64,000 nucleotides of DNA from Podarcis melisellensis (Eukaryota). Position numbers and translations under genes: made by a program. Positions 62,250-64,000 of this stretch are shown here, one piece after another. The notes beneath the pieces are model-generated. The model ran no database searches, was not told the DNA's origin, and saw only the letters and a program-made list of their open reading frames with translations. The stretch lies in NCBI GenBank assembly GCA_964234715.1, contig OZ174279.1. The stretch is one strand, 5' to 3'. Numbering within the stretch: the stretch's first letter is position 1; the number at the start of each line of letters is the position of its first letter.

Positions 62250-64000
62250 CACTTGAAGATGTTCCAAGAGGTTTTTCAAGCTGGATAAAACGGGTCTTTG
62301 CCAGAAGTATCTACTTTGGGTTTTAGTCTTGCTTTAAATGTGCCTGCTGTTTTTGTATTAACTGTTTTAAATTATCTTATGTGTCAATCACCTTGAGACA
62401 GTTGTTTATATAAAGCGATTAATAAATCAACTGTATGATGTAGCAGAATGTCAGGAAAAATATTCCTCCAACTTTTACCCTTGCTGACGTGAGACGGCAG
62501 ACTTTGGGATTTCACTACTTTTCTCTACTCTTTCCCCCTTTGGGGTAAAAGATTGCTCTGTAAGTATATTTGGGGTCTGTGTTTGGAGAAGAGATTAAAG
62601 AATAGAAATGCTGGTGGAGGGGAGTAACTCCAGGAAAAACTACCAATCAATCAGAAAAAAATCCAAAATAATATTTATAAAAAAATATTGCTTCAGCCTT
62701 TAAAAAACTAATTTCTATTCTATTCTATTCATTACACTATGACACTAGACACTTCCCAGTAATAGTAGGTATATACAAATTGCTAGACACTGCATTTACT
62801 TGACATTATATATATATGTTTTACATCATTATTTCTACCTTTAAATTATCTAAAAACTGGATGCTCTTGTATTTCCCTCCCCCTGCCAAAAAGGCGAAAA
62901 ATTGATCTGTGAAATGGTCAACTTGCTCCCACACCAGCTAGGATGCTGAATAGTCCAACACATAGCAGCAAATGAAGTCTGAAGGGAGAAGAGTAAGCAT
63001 TTGAAGACTTCCAAGAAATCAAAACTTTGGTATACCCAGAGACAAAGATGCAAACTACAAGAAAAGTCTGCAAAGTTGATATTTTTTACATTTAATGGTC
63101 AACATCTGGGACACTAAGTTCACCTCACACCCCAAACCAGCATTACAGCACAATGGAATCCCAAGCTGCATGTAGGGCAAAATATTGGGCTCAGATAGTA
63201 CTTGACCATTACACACTGCTATCAGAATATGATGTGCAGGAAGGAAAACTTCCCATAGTAGACAGGAGCATACTTTCTGCTTCAAGAATGCAAGTTTCCT
63301 TTACTAGCATTATATAAATGCACTGTTGGGTAACCATTGAAGGCCAGTAAATTTCAAGAGATGAAAAATGAGGTACATTATATCGCCGCAACATTTTGAT
63401 CTCTTCAGATTTTCCTGATGATCTATATGACTGGTGTTCAACTGCAAAATCCTATTGCCTTCTGCTACTGTTTGAAAGGCACTACTTTACATAAAATAAC
63501 TAAATTGTCAGGTGTTATTTACATAAGGGAAATGAAAGAGTTGAGGACAAGAAGAAGAAGAAGAAATTCACTTTGGTGACAGAACAAAAGAAAATGGGAA
63601 GAGGCGCTTCTTGATGTAAAAGCAATTCATATGCATAAAGTATAACGGCACCGGCCACTTATCAGACCAAAGGGTTCCTATTACATGCGAAGGATGGGAA
63701 AGCAATGGGAACTAAATGCATCAACAAATGCAAGCTGAGAAAGGCAAGGGGGGAGGGAGAAGGGGGGGAGGGGTTAATAAAATTCAAAGCAGAAAGTAGG
63801 AAATGAGATTAAATGAGACATCTTGGCCATGAGGCTGAAGAAGGCCTCAAAGCCAAAAGTGTCTCATCTAATCCAATTTTCTATTTCTAGAATGCATTTT
63901 AATAACCCCTTTGTATATGGTACAATGACTTTAGCAAGGTCCATTTTAAGAAGATTTTCCACACTAGGAAGCAAAATGGGTTAAAATAATTGCATACCGC

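Noticed and set aside
10948-64000. Main CTBP2 CpG-island promoter or a second nested protein-coding gene
   Set aside because: No CpG island and no chain of coding exons recognisable on either strand; the remaining ORF-track entries are short, mostly non-ATG, or repeat-derived.

Overview
This is vertebrate DNA, not prokaryotic: AT-rich, CpG-depleted and mostly intronic. The repeat content (Sauria/Squam1, Squam2- and Squam3-like SINEs, BovB, hAT and Tc1/mariner MITEs) points to a squamate, most likely a lacertid lizard. The window lies inside the CTBP2 locus on the minus strand and holds two real coding segments, both missed by the ORF track. The first is the exon carrying the canonical CtBP2 start (MALVDKHKVKRQRLDRICE-G, exon 10947->10787). 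The second, about 10.7 kb further downstream, is the start of the RIBEYE A-domain exon (MPIPSKHIGRSQSWDAAGWYEG..., ATG at 104-102), which runs off the left edge. Just upstream of the RIBEYE ATG is a cluster of TAATCC (CRX/OTX-type) motifs. The remainder is intron with many transposon relics, microsatellites and several candidate conserved non-coding elements. I found no support for a novel multi-gene system. The most interesting unexplained structure is regulatory (RIBEYE promoter, a uORF, candidate enhancers) or transposon architecture (a cluster of foldback elements, and an RTE fragment with a ~57-bp target duplication into which a SINE later inserted). Protein and repeat-family assignments are from recall, not database searches.
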